DNA of 64,000 nt from Basidiobolus meristosporus CBS 931.73. Taxonomy: Eukaryota; Fungi; Basidiobolomycota. A program made the position numbers and the translations under genes. The stretch covers positions 132,272 through 196,271 of the forward strand of contig MCFE01000049.1 of the NCBI GenBank assembly GCA_002104905.1, given 5' to 3'. Of this stretch, positions 11,701 through 23,007 are shown piece by piece; positions within the stretch are counted from its first letter, which is position 1; each line of letters opens with the position of its first letter. The notes under the pieces are model-generated. The model was not told the origin of the DNA. It searched no databases and saw only the letters and a program-made list of their open reading frames with translations.

Positions 11701-13430
11701 AGACTTGTAGCCAAAGGATACTCTCAAACAAAAGGACCTGACTATACTGAGACCTTTGCACTGGTAGCCAAGTTTAATTCCATCAGGTTAATAATGGCTA
11801 TTGCCGCCAAATGTAAGTTTTTTATTCATCAAATGGATGTAAAACTGCATTTTTGAGTGGAGAACTTGCTGAGAACATGTATATGGACCAGCCTGATGGG
11901 TTTGTTGAACAAGATAGCCCCCATTTGGTCTGCAAGCTTAAAAAGTTGCTATATGGTCTCAAACAATCACCAAGAGCCTGGAATTGCAAGATAGATTCTT
12001 GTTAGGAATCTTGGAGTTTCAAAAGGAGTAATGCTGACTATAGTATATACTATAAGCCAGATAGAGCAAATCCAGTTCTATTAGCTCTATATGTGGATGA
12101 TCTTATTATAGCCACCAATAACCTAGAAACATTGGAAGAGACTAAATCCAGCCTATCTAAGGAGTTCAAGATGTCCGATCTAGGAGAACTTAATTACTAC
12201 TTAGGGATTAGCTTCTCTATAGACAGAAGTACCCAGACTATCACCCTAAACCAATCCAAGTATATTCAAGATATACTAAAGAAGTACCAAATGGAAGACT
12301 GTAAACCGGCAGCTACCCCAATGGAAACAAACCTTAACTTGGTCAAAACTCAACCAAATCAAGAGAGCTTGGTGCCATCTGAAAGCCCTGACTTTCCTTA
12401 TCAATCTATGGCTGGAAGTCTAATGTACATTATGCTTGGAACACGTCCAGATATCTCATATTCAGTGGGAGTTGTCAGCCAACATAATCAGAACTATGGA
12501 TCTGATCATATTGCAGCAGTTAAGTGGATTTTTAGATACCTACAAGGAACTGCTGATATCTGCTTAAGATACACTCATGAGGATTCAGAACAGGATCTTG
12601 TGGGATACTCTGATGCTGATTGGGGACAAAATCTGGAAGACAGAAGATCCACCACAGGATACACCTTTCTTTACTGTAAAGGAGCAATTTCATGGAATTC
12701 AAGAAAGCAACCAACTGTAGCACTTTCCACCACAGAGGCAGAGTATATGGCAGCCTGTGAAGCTACAAAAGAAGCAATGTGGTTAAGAAAACTCCTTACA
12801 GATTTAGGCCTATGTCAAAAAATGCCTATTACTTTATTTCAAGATAATCAAGGATGTATACAATTAGGTAGAAATCCAACTTTTCATGCTAGAACCAAGC
12901 ACATAAATATTGGACATCATTTCATATGTGAAGCTATAGAGAATAACTTAGTTAGCTTATTTTACTGTCCCACAGATGAAATGATTGCAGACATATTTAC
13001 CAAACCATGAGCTAGAGACAAGTTTGAATATCTTAGGTCAAAATTAGGACTAGTCAGTATGAACATTTAGCTGAGTGGGAGTGTTGCAAAAATTTGTATT
13101 TCCACCTAAATATTCACCTGACTTAGTCACTTAGATCATTACCTTCAAATCCTAGAGAATACTGACCAAATTCCTTGTTGGGATTTACTTAGAATATTTT
13201 CACCAAAACACCAGGTACCCAGAACATGGAAATTCTCAATGTTGTCCAAACAGCCCCAAACTTTGCACACATGTTCATGGGACCTTCCTTAACCTATTCT
13301 ATGTGTTTGTAATGCCAAGACCAGGTAAAAGTATAAATACTACTTTTACATTCAATAAATCATTAAGTGAAAACCACATAATCTACTTGTTCTCCCAATC
13401 ACTTCCAATATCTCCAAGACTCTTACAACA
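8749..13430 (+). mobile_element. Near full-length Ty1/copia retrotransposon (LTRs 8749-9097 and 13082-13430); gag-pol broken by several stops and frameshifts
   Basis: 349-bp TG...CA LTRs with about 11 differences by eye. TSD CCATT (8744-8748, 13431-13435). Domains: gag LDGSNYQVWK, zinc knuckle ~9810, protease WYTDPGASQHF, LWHRRLGH, integrase IRSDNGREY / PQQNGVAE, RT YKARLVAKGYSQ / HQMDVK / YVDDL, RNase H GYSDADW. PPT AGCTGAGTGGGAG at 13069-13081. Confidence 0.97.
9098..9110 (+). promoter_or_regulatory. Copia primer-binding site, half-tRNA-iMet type
   Basis: GGCTATGAGCCCA directly after the 5' LTR. The copy at 26642-26654 reads GGTTATGAGCCCC, matching the Drosophila copia / yeast Ty5 type of PBS. 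Confidence 0.8.
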
Positions 13431-13434
13431 CCAT

Positions 13435-16400
13435 TGTGGTAGGGTAAACATACCTCCCACAGACAAGTTTATTCATATAGCCATTATGACATACTTATCC
13501 ATATCTTATAATCAGTATTATCCCATTCTTCTTTTATCCATATTATCAGTATTATCCCCATATGATGTTTACCCTGATTAGGTATTAGCATTTGTTATCC
13601 CAGATGTTATTTATCTTTGTGATCAGTATATATATCTACATAAGGCTAGTACCCGCATCAGTACTCATGGCATGTGATCTAGGTCTGTGTTACCATCCCA
13701 ACCATTTCAATACCATATATAGTATTTCTATGTTGCGCAGGTTCCAGACTACCAATCCCTGATTGGTTGGATGTGCTGTGTCTTTTAGAACCTTCCAGGA
13801 TATTCTTGGCATATTTTTAGCATGTAGTGATATCATCAAGAATTCCACTGATGCCTATAATCTTCTAGAACCTTGTCATTAGTAATCACTTGACAATCAG
13901 GAAAAGTATTCAAGGGAAAGAAATCCCTTGTCAATAAATCATCCCTTCTATCAATAACACTTCTCCCTTATTGCTTAGCAGTTGATCACTGCACCTGCCT
14001 TCAACAGTACATCTCAGACCTGCCATCAAGGAGCTTTTCAGGGAGGTGCACAAGACACACAGAGGCCTTTGGAGACGCTTGGAGCACCTAGGAAGCTAGA
14101 GAAGCAGGAGGCTTTACCATAGTGACATATTGACAAAGACACCAGCAGTTTAGACACAGAGGTTATTGCACCCATTAGACACCTCACACACTGAGTTGTG
14201 TAGCTTCTCCCAGGAGTACCTCTACACCACCACATATTTGGCACCCAATGTGGGGGGTTTGACTGAACTGTCCCTAGAAGACTGAAGAAAGAACAAATTA
14301 TCAAGACCATGGATCTACCTTTACCAGGAATGCAAGGAACCCCTTTCTTTGATGGGACCAAAGTTAAAGCTTTCATCAAGAGGTGGGAGCTTTTCTGCAG
14401 AGCCCATAAAATACCCAAGTTCATTATGGCTGAAGAGATACCCTCTTACAGCACTGATGAAATCATGCTCTCATTGTATGAAAGAAATGATCTGCTGACA
14501 AATTGGACCCTCTTGAAGAGCTACTTGATGATGAATATGCAGAGATACAAGTTGACTACACACTTGAAGATTTGGAGAACTTTGCTTATAGTAAGTTTAA
14601 GCTGCTACTATTGAAAGAATACTTGAGTGACCTTGTGCAAATTGGAGAGTCACTGAAAGCCCAAGGAGTTATCACTGATCTCACTTTATCTGCCTATCTT
14701 CTCAGAGCACTACTAGAAGTCCTGGTGAGAGGGATTGAAAACAATCCTACTGTGAAAGCTATGAGTTAACTGCCTGCATTTCAGTTAGCTAAGCAGATTC
14801 TACTTACCCCTGAAGAAACCTCACCAATGAGAAAGCTTCTTTCAGGCCCAGCAAAAAACTAAGATAGCCAAAACTTACTTAATCCCAGTAAGCAAAATAC
14901 TCAAGTTCAGGAGCTGACACAGTAACTAGAGAAACTTTCTTTGCTACTGGCCAGCCAAGCATATGGACAGAAGCAAGTAGAGAAAGAAGTCAAATATACA
15001 TGTATATGGTGTGACTCTGCCAACCATTCCAAGAGTAATTGCCAAGAGCTTCAGTCATTGCCATCCACAGGTGATGTACTATATAGTCCTCAGGGATATA
15101 TAGTCAGGAAGCATGGTGACAATTTATCCACAGCATTTGGACAAGGAGGAATGAGAGTTCACTACAAGAAAGTCACCTCTCATACAATAAAGGTGCACCT
15201 CCATGAAGAAGAAGATCCTGACTACTCTGATCCAGCTGACGTTCTGAACTTTGACTATGAGGACCCCAGAGAGGCCCAAGATTATATAGCTTCAACTTAT
15301 GCTTCAAAGAGACACCATCCTGAAAAAATGGCTAATCCAGGCCTAGCAACAAAAGTACCAAAATGTGAGCCAGAAGTTGTGATTGAGAAGAAAGCATCAC
15401 CCCCATGAATTTTACAGGAGTCTGCCAAGGCCAACAGCTACCACATGCAGCCTAGAACCAAGCAAAATGGTACCCCAGAGGCTCTAACAAGTCATATACT
15501 AGGAAGCAACATATCAATGAAGGTTTAAGAATTACTCAGTGCATCACCCTCTGTAAGAAAGACTCTGGATGAGCACATCAGAATAAGAAAGCATCCAATT
15601 GAAGCAACCCAAGGCAACCAGGTCTGGACAGTTCAAGCAAGCCAAGATATCAGTAAGCTGCATCTAAGCCAGAAACACTACTGCTCAGAGGCAACTGCAA
15701 CAACTACTGGAACTGTGCATAATCAAGAAATCCTATGTCATATAGACAGTGGATCTGAGATATGTGTGATGTCTTTGGAGGCTTGGAACCAACTACCATG
15801 CAAAGACCTATTGCCTATGAACACCAATATCAGTTGGAGTATGATGGATGCCAACTCAGGGCAATCAAAGCTTTTAGGAATTATTCACAGCTTCCCTCTC
15901 ATCATTGAATGAATACCCCATGAGATCCCAGTCTTCATTTGTGCAAAGGCTAACTTTGAATTACTTCTTGGAAGACCACGGGAGGTGAAAGCAAGAGCAA
16001 CTGCAGTGAACTACCCAGATGGCTCAGCAATCTTATACTATATACTCAGAGAGCCCAGGACTAGCAGCAAGCTTCTGTGGTGTGGACTCAAACAATATCC
16101 AATCCATGACATCATGTAGATTTCTATTCCAAGAAAAGACAGGTGGCTTCATTGAGGATGGCTGAGAGTGCACTTTGCTCTCCATACTTACAGTGGTTAG
16201 CTAAAAGGTTTTAGGGAGCTTTTTAGCTCAAGTGGGGGTGGATGTGGTAGGGTAAACATACCTCCCACAGACAAGTTTATTCATATAGCCATTATGATAT
16301 ACTATCCATATTTTATCTTATCAATATTATCCCATTCTTCTTTTACCTGTATTATTAGTATTATCCTCATATGATGTTTACCCTAATTAGATATTAGCAT

Positions 16401-17045
16401 TAGTTATCCTATATGTTATTTATCTTTGTGATCAGTATATGCATCTACATAAGGCTAGTACCTGCATCAGTACTTATGGCAGGTGATCTAGGTCTGTGTT
16501 ACCATCCCTACCATTTCAATACCATATGTGGTATTTCTATGTTACACAGGTTTCAGACTACCAATCCCTGATTGGTTGGATGTGCTGTGCCTTTTAGAAC
16601 CTTCCAGGACATTCTTGACATATTTTTAGCACATAGTGATATCATCAAGAATTCCACTGATGCCTATAATCTTCTAGAACCTGGTCATTAGTAATCACTT
16701 GACAATCAGGAAAAGTATTCAAGGGAAAGAAATCCCTTGTCAATAAATCATCCCTTCTATCAATAACACTTCTCCCTTATTGCTTAGCAGTTGATCACTG
16801 CACCTGCCTTCAACAGTACATCTCAGACCTGCCATCAAGAAGCTTTTTAGTGTAGGGCACAAGACACACAAAGGCCTTTGGAGATGCTTGGAGCACCTAG
16901 GAAGCTAGAGAAGCAGGAGGCTTTACCATAGTGACATATTGACAAAGATACCAGCAGTTTAGACAAAGAGGTTATTGCACCCATCAGACACCTCACACAC
17001 CTTGAGTTGTGTAGCTTCTCCCAGGAGTACATCTAAACTGCCCCA
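13435..17045 (+). mobile_element. Gag-protease-only LTR retrotransposon, family B (LTRs 13435-14234 and 16243-17045), non-autonomous
   Basis: ~800-bp TGTGGTAGG... LTRs; TSD CCAT (13431-13434, 17046-17049); PBS at 14239; gag PFFDGTKVKAFIKRWE; zinc knuckle CIWCDSANHSKSNC; protease CHIDSGSEICVMS and LLLGRP. PPT AAGTGGGGGTGGA (16230-16242) lies ~250 bp after the protease, with no RT, RNase H or integrase. Confidence 0.9.
14239..14256 (+). promoter_or_regulatory. Primer-binding site complementary to tRNA-Lys(CUU), CpG-decayed
   Basis: TGGCACCCAATGTGGGGG against the canonical Lys1,2 PBS TGGCGCCCAACGTGGGGC. The two internal differences are CG>CA and CG>TG; the last base also differs. Confidence 0.85.
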
Positions 17046-17355
17046 CCATGCAAGATGGAGTAGAGAATGGATACAGTAGTGGCAGAAATCTATGTGTTCA
17101 GCTTTATGTTTGTAGTATAGCCGCTCAAATCCCATCACAAACTCCTCACACAACAGCTGTATATGCGCCAAGTTGTGCATTGGTGATACGCTTCTGGATA
17201 AAAATTCCTATAATGTCCATATATGACTCCCAATGCTTCCAATGTACTCTTGGTAGGAATTGCTTTAGAACACCACTTGAATAAATACATATCCAGTTCA
17301 TCCAGTCTTTGCATTTGTATTGTTGCATATGCATATCAATATTATTGGAGCCCAT

Positions 17356-18159
17356 TGTGGTGGTGTAGAGGTACTCCTGGGAGAAGCTACACAACTCAAG
17401 GTGTGTGAGGTGTCTGATGGGTGCAATAACCTCTGTGTCTAAACTGCTGATGTTTTGGTCAATATGTCACTATGGTAAAAGCTCCTTCTTCTCTAGCTTC
17501 CTAGGTGCTCCAAGTGTCTCCAAAGGCCTCTGTGTGTCTTGTGCACTACCCTGAAAAGCTCCTTGATGGCAGGTCTGAGATGTACTGTTGAAGGCAGGTG
17601 CAGTGATCAACTGCTAATCAATAAGGTAGAAGTGTTACTGATAGAAGGGATGATTTATTGATGAGGGATTGCTTTCCCTTAAATACTTTTCCTGATTGCC
17701 AAGTGATTACTAATGACAAGGTTCTAGAAGATTCTAGGCATCAGTGGAGTTCTTAATGACATCACTATGAGCCAAAAATATGCCAAGAATGTCCTGGAAG
17801 GTTCTAAAAGGCACATCACATTCAACCAATCAGGAATCAGTAGTCTGAAACCTGTGCAACATAGAAATACCATATATGGTATTGAAATGCTAGGGATGGT
17901 AGCGCAGACTTAGGTCATGTGTCATGGGTACAGAGGTGGGTACTTGCCTTATGTAGATACATATACTGATCACAAAGCTGAATAACATCTGGGATAACTA
18001 ATGCTAATAACTAATCAGGGTAAACATCATATGGGGATAATACTGATAATATGGGCTAAAGAAGAATGAGATAATACTGATAAGATAAATTATGGATAAG
18101 TATATCATAATGACTATAAGAGTAAACTTGTCTGTGGGAGGTATGTTTACCCTACCACA
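17356..18159 (-). mobile_element. Solo LTR, family B (804 bp)
   Basis: Reverse complement of 13435-14234, with TSD CCAT at 17352-17355 and 18160-18163. It interrupts the transposase at ...PKYFS[W/R]AP.... Confidence 0.93.
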
Positions 18160-20110
18160 CCATGAGAAGTACTTAGGGTAGCAGATGCTCTGTAATATCT
18201 TGCCAATTCTTTCAAATTACTCCAGCATCCTTAAGGGCTCATTTAGCTTGAAATGCCCCATGTACAGCTTGGTCATCAGTATAGGGATATTGTTGAAAAG
18301 CAAAGGCATTGCTCCCAGTGGACAGCTTTTGCTACAACAGATACCCTCCATCTTAAGTATCTCCAGTTTCTGATTGATTCCATATTCTGGCCAATGGCTT
18401 ATAGCTTGCCAACTTTGCTGCAATTGCATGCTTACTTCTGTACATTCTCTCTGTGGAAGGATGATGTTCTTAGTGCTGGTGTTTGGGTAATAATAATGTG
18501 TGAGAGTTATGGAGTAAATCCCCTAGCTCTCACACATTTGACAGCAATACCGTCCATTGTGTGCAGAAAAACTTGCTATCCTGCTGATGGCTGGGGTATC
18601 TCCAATGCAGATAATAATTTGAGCTTTTACATGACAGCCATTTACCATTATCCTGCTGGAAATCATACAAAATTCATCCAGCAATGGATACAGTTAGCTA
18701 GCCAGGTTGGACAGTGATTTAAGCCCAGATACCAGTGAGACTACTATCAGATTATTGCTCTGAAATTATAAGATGGGCAGCAGATTCAGATTGATGAGAA
18801 TCAGTGGCCAGCAGGATTTGCTGGTAAAGTACTTTTTTAATGAGAATCCATCAAGTGCTAAAGCAAAGGCATGGTCATACATACCTTAGATATAGCCCTT
18901 GCTACTTAGCTGTTTGTAATGTTTGCCATCAAATATATTGGATATGTTTGTGCTTGATTGATTCTGAGTGTGGTACTGTATATCTTTGCAATATTTGTTG
19001 GACTGCATCAGCTTCCTCACACCGGATATGAACAGAATATATCCGGAGTGTGAACAGTGTTTTCCCCCAATGGTGGTGGATTCCTGACAACTTGGGCCCA
19101 TTGCAATAGTAGCATTTTTGGATGTGAATGCCATGCAATTGTTAACACATGCTGGAATCAAGACAGTCTCTGGATCATATGTTGCCAGCCGCATGACAGT
19201 TGGCCTCTTGTACCATGTACATGGTAAGTTACATCACGGTAAGATGTTGGCAAGAAATAGTAATAAATCCTCAAAGCCCGCATTACTGATATCAGTGGAA
19301 ACATGCCACTTCTCTAGCCACAACATTACATCATTCACCAGTAGATGGATTACTGGGCTTGCTTGGCTCCATTAAGTATCCTTGGCATTTGTTTCATTGG
19401 GTGTTGTCTCATTGCATATAGGGATTTGACCGGGCTCATACATGGTACTGTTTTTAGGGGAGATGGGCTCAAAATCCATTAGTGAACCTTCTTCATCAGA
19501 GCTTTCACTCTGCATGCCATATTGAGAAGGCTGAGGTGGGCCTAAAGGCATCACAAACTCATCTGACTCAGTTTGCGCAAGGTGCCAATATAGAATCATC
19601 AACTGGTCAGCAAGATAATGTTGGTACAATAGTGACCAATGAATGGTCAAATATAACTTGGGTGGCAAAACACTGGCCATGATACTTGTAGTACTTCCTA
19701 CGCTGTCTGCATGCTTTATGGCTGAGAGGCCTGTCACAATAGCCACATGGTCTTTTTTCTCTTCTCATACGGCATTGAGTCAAAGTATTCTTGTCCATAG
19801 ACCAAACAGCTTGACCGTCAACAATGCAACACTATTATATCACTTTTTGGTCAATACTCATGTGAACTTAAGATAGTCTTGTATTTGAGACATTGCACTT
19901 ACATGAGTGTAAGATTCAATGATGACCTGCCATAGTAAGCATTATAAATAAAGTTGTGGCACCACATACACATGTATATGTAACACTATTTCCCCTTTGG
20001 TTTGACTCACTTCCATATATATGCTGCCAAAAAATAAAGCAAAGTTGTCTGGTTCTCAACCAAACCCCACCGCTGATAACAACAGAAGAATGGTTGGATA
20101 ACAGCTTGCT

Positions 20111-20990
20111 TTGACATTCAGTGCAACAAGTGGGGCTACATTCAAAAAAGGCCCTGTGGACAGTGTGCCCATTAAAGGTAATAATGCAGACTCCTCAGTC
20201 TCACAGTCAAGTAGGCTATTGAGAACCTCTGTGGAACCACAAGCTGACCATTATGCTCAGGCAGATGAGAATGAAGCAAATGCAGTACCCTCAGTTGAAG
20301 ATCAGCAAGTGGCCATGATAACATCACCACCACCCATATTACCAAGTATACTGTCAGCTCTTACCAAAGCATTAATGAGGCAATTAGGTGCAGTGGCTGA
20401 TAGAATAGATGCAATGACCAGAGAAATCAGGAAATAGTCCAGAAGCAGGATGAGTGGATAATATGTGTAGAGCAATCAATATCCCTCGTAGAGAAAGCAG
20501 TATCTTTGCTCCAAAGAAGGAACTCAAGTAGCTTAATGTCACAGCCAAGAATTGAGCCATTTCCCAATGTAGCAGCAGAAGAACACTGTACAGTCTTTGA
20601 AGCACAACAGCAGTGCCCAAAGATAAAGCCCACAGAAAAACCTATCACAGCATGGGAGGGAGACAATGTGGTGTTTATACCAAAGCCTTAAAATCAAAAG
20701 ACATTGAAGATCCATGAGGCCATTGAGTGCAATATTGAAGAGTGGGCTAATATACAAGAGGCTGTCAGAAGTCTAGCACACCATCCCCTTAAGGCCAGCA
20801 TACCATGGGACCATCGGGAACTCAAGGACAAGCAGAATGCACTTGACTTGTTCCATGAACATTATCCTGGATTCAAATGGGCAAGTGGATTCTGGGCCAG
20901 CATTGATATCCTAAGAAAGTATCTTAAGAATAGCAGAAACTATCAAAGGCAGAAGTACAAGGGTGCCATGGCTAAATACCAGCAGCTTCC
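20111..20990 (+). pseudogene. Second, divergently oriented ORF (ORF2) probably belonging to the CACTA-like element; unknown function, interrupted
   Basis: ORFs 20111-20437, 20506-20691 and 20704-21009 are all in one frame, separated by single stops. The C-terminal part looks globular (EWANIQEAVR...FHEHYPGFKWASGFWASIDILRKYLKNSR). The region is CpG-depleted like the TE and partly duplicated at 7060-7180. Confidence 0.55.
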
Positions 20991-21320
20991 TTCCACACTT
21001 GGTAGTTAGATCCATCCAACTTTTCAGCAGAGGGAAATATTCCAGTAATAGCAGTAGAAGACATTGAAGAGAGTGACTGCTTGGGGTTCTTAACCTGTTG
21101 TAAGAGTCTTGGATATATTGAAAGTGACTGAGAGAACAAGTAGATTATTTAGCTTTCACTTAATGATTAATTGAGTGTAAAAGTAGTGTTTATACTTCTA
21201 CATGGTCATGGCACAATAAGCATGCAGAATATGATCAGGAAGGTCCCATCAATATGTGTGCAAAGTTTGAAGCTGTTTGGACAACTTTGATAACTTTCAT
21301 GTTCTAGGTACCTGTTGCAT
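20990..21320 (-). mobile_element. Degenerate copia fragment (partial 5' LTR, PBS, gag start)
   Basis: The minus strand reads ...CCAAGACTCTTACAACA GGTTAAGAACCCC... GAAAAGTTGGATGGATCTAACTACCAAGTGTGGAAGG, as at 9080-9205. Confidence 0.8.
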
Positions 21321-21759
21321 TGGTGACACTAATGTTGTGTTTAGTGGAAACCATACTTTTGCCAAGTATTCTTTCCATTTGACAAAAAATGACTTTTAAA
21401 AAAGTTTTGTCAAAGAAGGCTTCTTATATTGAATGCAACTAAGATCACATTTAATAGAACTCAAACATTTGCCAAATATTTTTCTCTTGGACAAAAAAAG
21501 TCTTTAGAGAAGTTTTGACAGAAAAACTTGTATCCAGGATACAACCAATGTTGTATTTAATGTGGTGGGAATAAATGATTTGTTTACATGAAATGTGAGA
21601 GAGGTGATTAAGCCAGGAATTAAGGAGTGTGAAAAAGAGGCAACAGCCAATCAATGTACACAAGCACAGGAGGTAATTAAGTGTTAAGGATCAGAAAGTG
21701 AGAGAGTTGGCAGAGAACCAATCAAAAGCCACTTATGTGCTGTTGTGATAGTGGATCCA

Positions 21760-23005
21760 GTCTGGATCAGCCATCAGGATCCTATTAGGAGACAATTGTA
21801 GTACCAGCAGCTTGGAATAAATGACCTTCTACACAATCTTATGAAGGGCTCACAATGGTGTTTGTCTAGTTATATTGCCAAATAAAGTTACAATCATGAT
21901 GGTGTTTGTATGGTGTTTTGCCAAGGTTTGCATGGCATTGTAGCAGTCTGAATGCACTCTACACCTATTTGAGTGGATCAAAGTGGCCAGTGCATCCAAT
22001 TGCCTTATATGGCAAAAAACTTGACAGTGTTTTGATGGCTTCATTGCAAGCCTCTTGTTATGAATAGACAGAAGGCAGGAGAGTAGGGCTAGGCAAGGCA
22101 GGACCAGGAAAGGACTTATGTGTGGATTGACAAGGCAAGGCATGTTTCTAAGACAAGGTGGATTTCCAAGTCAAGGGTGTTTATTCAAGACCTGTGTTTA
22201 TCAGACTGAGGAATACATAAGGGGGGATAGGACTATATATACTTTTTAGCTATATGGATGCCAAGAGATATTGGCTAATACTGATGGGGTTCTGGGGTGA
22301 GGCACAGTAAGTGTGCCAAGATAGAAATATACTAAAGTACAAACTAGAATATCACATGGGAATATGTCAGGGGTCAGCTGATCATGTGACCAGGTTATAT
22401 GAGATGTAATTACCATATATGGTATGGGACCACATAAATTTCAATGGGAAGCTTTCATAGAATGTTCCATTGTGTAACGTTGACTTGGAGCTTTCAAGAA
22501 GCTGCTAAAATGTAGTAGAACTCTCTAGAAGGAATTTGGATTTCTTTGCTGACTTGATTTGGCTTGATAATTGGAGGCCAGGGATGACATGCAAACATAA
22601 CACCTCTGATGGCATTTTCACAACAGTATGGCAGCCTACAGCCACTTCTGTATAATGCTACCATACCAACTTACCAAATGGTATTTCCTTTTTCTAACTC
22701 CCCATGTGCAATTCATATATTCAGCTGTCAAATCACCCTTGTTTATTTGCATACCCACTACTACCTTGGGTATTCCACATATAGTTGGAATCAAAAAAAC
22801 TATGGCCTCCTACCTACTAACTGCTACAAACATGCACACCTGCCATCATTGACATACTTCTATCACCTCTACTTTACAGTTTTCTAGTCTGATACTTGCA
22901 AAGTTGCCATATACCTTTATTGCTGGTGACATATACATCTTGCAAATATATGCTTTGTTGCTGCCACTTCTGCCATGAATACCTTGTGAATATCTGCAAA
23001 GAGCT
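21760..23005 (-). mobile_element. Second, diverged copy of the 3' region of the CACTA-like element
   Basis: 21760-22055 plus 22603-23005 align with 7565-8280 (GGATCAGC...CAGCAGCTTGGAAT...CCTCTGATGGCATT...GATACTTGCAAAGTTGCCATA). Confidence 0.8.
22056..22602 (-). mobile_element. Solo LTR, family C (547 bp)
   Basis: Termini TGTTATG...CATAACA with a 5-bp TSD CCTCT (22051-22055, 22603-22607). TATA-like and AATAAA motifs on the minus strand give the orientation. Removing it restores colinearity with 7850-7880. Confidence 0.88.
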
Positions 23006-23007
23006 TG

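Larger units (their letters stand above)
8015..19800 (-). pseudogene. CACTA/EnSpm-like (Transposase_21/Tnp2) transposase, degenerate and split by three LTR insertions
   Basis: Motifs in order on the minus strand: RPCGYC (19.7 kb), ACVNNCMAFT and NIFDGKHYKQL (19.2-18.9 kb), SCWPLILINLNL and GDTPAISRIASFSAHNGRYCCQMC (18.8-18.5 kb), LLFNNIP (18.3 kb), CIHSLLHLA (17.05 kb) joining CVDNIGPCFTFWEFPIEQMCG (8.74 kb). Element termini not identified. Confidence 0.85.

Noticed and set aside
7200-21331. CACTA pentamers at 7200 and 21327 as transposon termini
   Set aside because: Both are on the same strand, their downstream sequences are unrelated, and there is no matching TAGTG end or 3-bp TSD.
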